Positions 25,341 to 28,800 of a stretch of DNA of 28,800 nt are shown here, in pieces (the first letter of the stretch is position 1; every line of letters starts with the position of its first letter). Under the pieces are notes generated by a model. It was not told the origin of the DNA. It saw nothing but the letters and a program-made list of their open reading frames with translations, and searched no databases. A program made the position numbers and the translations under genes. Origin of the DNA: Candidatus Altiarchaeota archaeon (lineage in GTDB: Archaea; SpSt-1190); assembly GCA_018221025.1 (NCBI GenBank), contig JAAOXX010000001.1:1-28800 (forward strand). The letters are read 5' to 3'.

Positions 25341-25886
25341 GTGTTCGAAATTGCAACAATCAAGCAAAATGTGAGAGTTCCTCCAAGACTTTGGAAAAAG
25401 AACATCAAATTGGCAGTTAAAGCGGCCTTACGCGAGTTGGAAGGTAAAGTTTCCAAAATGCACGGTATACTTTTGTCCATAACTGATGTTAAATCCGTCG
25501 GAGAAGGTAAGATTTTACCTGGTGACGGGGCAGTATATTTTCCTACAGACTTTGAGGCTTTGATTTTTAGACCAGAACTAAATGAAGTCGTTGACAGTGA
25601 AGTTACCGACATGACAGAATTTGGTGCATTTTTACGAGTTGGCGCACTCGATGGATTAGTCCACGTGAGCCAAGTTTCAGATGACTTCTTCAGCTACAGC
25701 AAAGAAGGAGTACTACAAGGCAAGCAGAGTAAACAAATTGTTAAAATTGGTGACAAGGTTCGAGCACGAATAATCAGTGTTAGTTATAAGGCCGAGCCAG
25801 CAAAGCTTGGTTTAACTATGAGGCAGCCTGGACTCGGAAAATGGGAATGGTTGGAGGCGAATAGAATTGGCAACAAAAAGGAGTAA
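25341..25886 (+). CDS. rpoE1: RNA polymerase subunit Rpo7 (RpoE')
   Basis: VRVPP, GEGKILPGDGAVY, EFGAFLRVGALDGLVHVSQVSDD, GDKVRARIISVS, LTMRQPGLGKWEW; GAGGTGG SD. Confidence 0.97.
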   Translation: MFEIATIKQNVRVPPRLWKKNIKLAVKAALRELEGKVSKMHGILLSITDVKSVGEGKILPGDGAVYFPTDFEALIFRPELNEVVDSEVTDMTEFGAFLRVGALDGLVHVSQVSDDFFSYSKEGVLQGKQSKQIVKIGDKVRARIISVSYKAEPAKLGLTMRQPGLGKWEWLEANRIGNKKE

Positions 25887-26061
25887 AGTTTGTAGGAGTT
25901 GTCGTGTCTTTGTTAACGGCAAGAAATGCTCCATGTGTGAAGGCACAGAATTTAGTTCAACTTGGGCAGGCATAGCTATTATAATGGACCCCACCAAATC
26001 AGAAGTAGCAAAGAAAATGGACGTAGCAGTCCCAGGAAAATATGCACTAAAGGTGAGATAA
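25867..26061 (+). CDS. spt4: Transcription elongation factor Spt4 (RpoE'')
   Basis: CRSC...CSMC zinc finger, W.G..II.DP.KSEVAK, PGKYALKVR. Confidence 0.95.
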   Translation: MATKRSKVCRSCRVFVNGKKCSMCEGTEFSSTWAGIAIIMDPTKSEVAKKMDVAVPGKYALKVR

Positions 26062-26553
26062 ATGAAAATGAATATAATTTCAGATAATACAAATCCGCTT
26101 CTATCAAGAAGAGAGGTGGAATTTCAAGTAATCCATGATGGTGGAGCAACACCAAGAAAAATAGATGTCGCAGGATTACTTTCGGCTAAATTGAATACGA
26201 GTCTCGACAAGATGGTTATTGAAGATTATACTACGCATTTTGGAAAGAATACAAGCGAGGGAATATGTTTTGTATACGAGGATAAAGAAGCAATGATTAG
26301 AGCTGAACCTACAAAACTATTGAATCCAAAGAAAAGAATTGGGGATGCGGGCAAACCTAAAGAAAAGGAAAAAACTGAAGTAAAGGAAGCTCCTAAAGAA
26401 GAAGAGAAGCCAACTGAGGTAAAAAAAACTCCTGAAGAAAAAGCCGAAGTAAAGGTTGAAAAGCCTAAAGTTGAGGAAAAGAAGGCCAAAGTAGTAGAAA
26501 CCCCAAAAGAAGAAGGTGAAAAGAGTGAAACACAAGACAGTAAAAAAGAGTGA
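26062..26553 (+). CDS. rps24e: 30S ribosomal protein S24e with charged C-terminal extension
   Basis: NPLLSRREVEF.V.H.G.ATP, T.FG...S.G...VY; K/E/P-rich tail. Confidence 0.95.
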   Translation: MKMNIISDNTNPLLSRREVEFQVIHDGGATPRKIDVAGLLSAKLNTSLDKMVIEDYTTHFGKNTSEGICFVYEDKEAMIRAEPTKLLNPKKRIGDAGKPKEKEKTEVKEAPKEEEKPTEVKKTPEEKAEVKVEKPKVEEKKAKVVETPKEEGEKSETQDSKKE

Positions 26554-26692
26554 TTATTTCAAGATTGAAGGGGATAAAATTACAAGAGAAAGAAAATCTT
26601 GCCCCAAGTGTGGGTCCGGCGTATTTCTTGCCAACCACGGCAATCGATTACACTGTGGTAGATGCAGATACACTGAGTTCGTAAAGGCTTAA
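26525..26692 (+). CDS. rps27ae: 30S ribosomal protein S27ae (55 aa, below the ORF-track cutoff)
   Basis: Translated by hand from GTG 26525 after GAAGGTGA SD: MKHKTVKKSDYFKIEGDKITRERKSCPKCGSGVFLANHGNRLHCGRCRYTEFVKA. Confidence 0.95.
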   Translation: MKHKTVKKSDYFKIEGDKITRERKSCPKCGSGVFLANHGNRLHCGRCRYTEFVKA

Positions 26693-26715
26693 AATAACCC
26701 GTAGTTAGGTGTTTT

Positions 26716-27528
26716 GTGGAAAAAGCGAAGACATTAATGGAAAATTTTAGGGCTGGGAAAATTGAATTAGGCAAGGAGCTCACTCTCGCGTGCCTCTCTT
26801 TGTTTAATGAAGCTTTCAAGAGGAATGAAGAGACGTTTCTAAAAAATAGGGAAAACTTTGTTTTAGAAATCCTTTCAAGACCTATAGACCCTTTGACTAA
26901 TAATTTTTTAGAGGCAATTATGAAAGCCAAAACAGTTAAGGAAACTCAAAAAGTATTGACATTTACGAAGGAATATCTCAAAGATTCGAGAAAAAAATTG
27001 ATTCCTAATGGGAGCAACCTACTCAAAGGAAAGAAAACGGTAATGGCAATTGGTTATTCAGAAGTCCTTGCGGAAATGATTGACGAGCACAAATCAGAAT
27101 TGACAGTTTATGTACCTGAGCTATCTTTAACAAAGGCCGGACACAAGATGGCATCACGCTTATCTGCAAATACAATTTTGATTCCAGACTGCGCAGTTGG
27201 ATACTTCATCCCTTCAGTTGACCTAGTATTAACGAGGAGCTGCTGTGTTTCGACTTCAGGATTGTTAGGTTCATCTAATGCAAAGTCAGCAGCAATAATT
27301 GCAGAGTGGCACGATAAACCATTTTACATGATAGCAGAACTCTTACGAATTGGGGAAAGTTTTGTAGTGAATGAACACAAATGGGATGTCAAGTGTCAGA
27401 ATAGGGCGCCATTATATGATAAAGTTGAACCAGAGCTGGTTTCCGGAATTGTAACGGAGGAAGGTATTTTAACGCATGAATCCTATATCGATAAAGCTAA
27501 TGAAAAGAAAGAGGAGATGATTAAATGA
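26716..27528 (+). CDS. Divergent eIF-2B alpha/beta/delta / ribose-1,5-bisphosphate isomerase family protein
   Basis: LIPDCAVGYFIPSVDLVL, KPFYMIAE, APLYDKVEPELVSGIVTEEGIL; conserved ligand motifs altered. Confidence 0.75.
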   Translation: MEKAKTLMENFRAGKIELGKELTLACLSLFNEAFKRNEETFLKNRENFVLEILSRPIDPLTNNFLEAIMKAKTVKETQKVLTFTKEYLKDSRKKLIPNGSNLLKGKKTVMAIGYSEVLAEMIDEHKSELTVYVPELSLTKAGHKMASRLSANTILIPDCAVGYFIPSVDLVLTRSCCVSTSGLLGSSNAKSAAIIAEWHDKPFYMIAELLRIGESFVVNEHKWDVKCQNRAPLYDKVEPELVSGIVTEEGILTHESYIDKANEKKEEMIK

Positions 27529-27662
27529 GTACTCTTGAAATCTTATGGAATGTGTTAATATTCGTATTGAGTCTGTTTGCAGGACTTCTTGCAGGGAATT
27601 TCTTTGGGGAAAGCAGAGCAGAAAGTTTTAGATACAAATACTTGGGCGGTGGAAAACCATGA
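27525..27662 (+). CDS. 45-aa single-TM protein (not in ORF track)
   Basis: ATGA overlap with upstream stop; MSTLEILWNVLIFVLSLFAGLLAGNFFGESRAESFRYKYLGGGKP. Confidence 0.65.
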   Translation: MSTLEILWNVLIFVLSLFAGLLAGNFFGESRAESFRYKYLGGGKP

Positions 27663-27796
27663 TATCAAGGACTGACTTATTGGTAATACTTGTCGGATAC
27701 GCTATTGGTCTCGGTATTGGATTTTGGTATGGTATGAGAAGCGGAAAACAAAAATTTTGGAGAATGCCTGGTAGTAGTTGGAAGGTGAGAAAGTGA
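27659..27796 (+). CDS. 45-aa single-TM protein (not in ORF track)
   Basis: ATGA overlap upstream and GTGA overlap downstream; MISRTDLLVILVGYAIGLGIGFWYGMRSGKQKFWRMPGSSWKVRK. Confidence 0.65.
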   Translation: MISRTDLLVILVGYAIGLGIGFWYGMRSGKQKFWRMPGSSWKVRK

Positions 27797-28155
27797 TTCA
27801 AATTGCAGTTGTAGGCAGTACGAGTGCTGCATTCCATGCTGCGAAAAAAGGGTTTGCCGTATTTGGTATTGAACCAGAACTGGAGAGTCATGCCGCAAAG
27901 GCCGGCGGATTATTTATTTTATTTGGAGTTGAAGAAACTAAACTCAATATTAAGTTTCGAGACAAGGTTGATGCTGCGAGTAAGATGATTGAATCGGCGG
28001 ATATTGTAATAATTGGTAAAGGTCAAAATGCTAAATTTGTAAAACAAATGTGCGACCTAAAAGGAATTAAGTATGTCGAAGGAACAGGCGAAGACGTCGT
28101 TGAAAAGGCAAAAGAAAGACTAGTCAGATTCAACTTATTCGGAACCAAGAAGTAA
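27793..28155 (+). CDS. Hypothetical protein, weakly SLOG/LOG (TIGR00725-like) Rossmann fold
   Basis: GTG 27793 after GAAGGTGA SD; MIQIAVVGS, AAKAGG, MIESADIVII resemble the SLOG skeleton. Confidence 0.55.
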   Translation: MIQIAVVGSTSAAFHAAKKGFAVFGIEPELESHAAKAGGLFILFGVEETKLNIKFRDKVDAASKMIESADIVIIGKGQNAKFVKQMCDLKGIKYVEGTGEDVVEKAKERLVRFNLFGTKK

Positions 28156-28156
28156 T

Positions 28157-28800
28157 TTACTTTTCAGTTGGAGTTTTCTTATTATCTTGTATCTTTTCGT
28201 CAACAACTTTTTTTGATTCTTCGACTGGTTTTTCAACCGGAGTTTCTTCATTGACGACTTCAGTACTTTCTGTGGATACTTCAACTATGGGTTCAACTTC
28301 AGGTTCAACATCTTTAGGAGTTTCAGGAGTACCTGCGGGTATTTCCAAGGGTTGTTCTTCTTCCTTAATTTCAACCGTCTCGATTACTCTCTTAACTTCT
28401 TTTTTCTCGGGTTCAACTCTGAATGTAATTTCATCACTAAATGTTGCATCTGGTGCAAGGATTGAAACTTTTACTCCAATAACTCCGGGCCGTGTCATTG
28501 CTTTTGCATATGCAATTTGAACTTGGTCAATTGCATCTTGGCCACATTTTCTGAGTTTTCCTGATGTAAAAATCCATGTCTTTGACCTTGCACTTGGAAG
28601 CTTGCCACCAAGGCGGATTTCAACTCCCTTTGCACCGGCCTGAACGACTCTTTGCATTGTAATATTTGCAACTCGTTTGAAGTATGCACCCTTCTCTAAT
28701 GAACGTGCAATTCTCCATGCAACAACGTGTGGGTCGAGGGATGCTTCCCTAATTTGCTCAACCTCGAGGTGTGGATTTTCTACACCAAACCTTGAGCCAA
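28157..28800 (-). CDS. rps3: 30S ribosomal protein S3 (5' part outside the window) with acidic C-terminal extension
   Basis: Frame stays open to the window edge: FGVENPHLEV...LDPHVVAWRIARSLEKGAYFKR...AGAKGVEIRLGGKL...GVIGVKVSI. Confidence 0.96.
   Translation of the reverse strand, partial: GSRFGVENPHLEVEQIREASLDPHVVAWRIARSLEKGAYFKRVANITMQRVVQAGAKGVEIRLGGKLPSARSKTWIFTSGKLRKCGQDAIDQVQIAYAKAMTRPGVIGVKVSILAPDATFSDEITFRVEPEKKEVKRVIETVEIKEEEQPLEIPAGTPETPKDVEPEVEPIVEVSTESTEVVNEETPVEKPVEESKKVVDEKIQDNKKTPTEK

Noticed and set aside
23-28689. Many short antisense or alternate-frame ORFs in the track (e.g. 23..493, 11254..11607, 11629..12003, 26580..26930, 28251..28520)
   Set aside because: They lie opposite or inside well-supported genes and show no recognisable motifs.

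Overview
Archaeal chromosomal window; reduced gene neighbourhoods and several small-protein families suggest a DPANN-like lineage (inference). Housekeeping genes at both ends: serS, fen, egsA, archaeal histone, smc, and rpoE1-spt4-rps24e-rps27ae, with rps3 running off the end. An accessory-looking block (about 14.9-25.3 kb) surrounds a tRNA-Glu(CTC). No integrase, transposase, reverse transcriptase or CRISPR array was seen. The best non-ORF signal is a 71-nt box C/D guide sRNA on the minus strand just after smc (14232-14302). It has two K-turns and its own TATA box, its D guide is complementary to the anti-Shine-Dalgarno 3' end of 16S rRNA, and its 3' end is duplicated 78 bp downstream. Other points of interest: several apparently degenerate enzymes (GGR-like, eIF2B/R15Pi-like, SLOG-like), two unannotated 45-aa membrane proteins coupled between the last two, a stand-alone AglB WWDY domain on a lipobox, an SMC with an eroded hinge, a cluster of triloop palindromes after the tRNA, a dif-like palindrome and a recurring intergenic TACGACAAA motif. 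All family calls come from motif recognition, not database searches.
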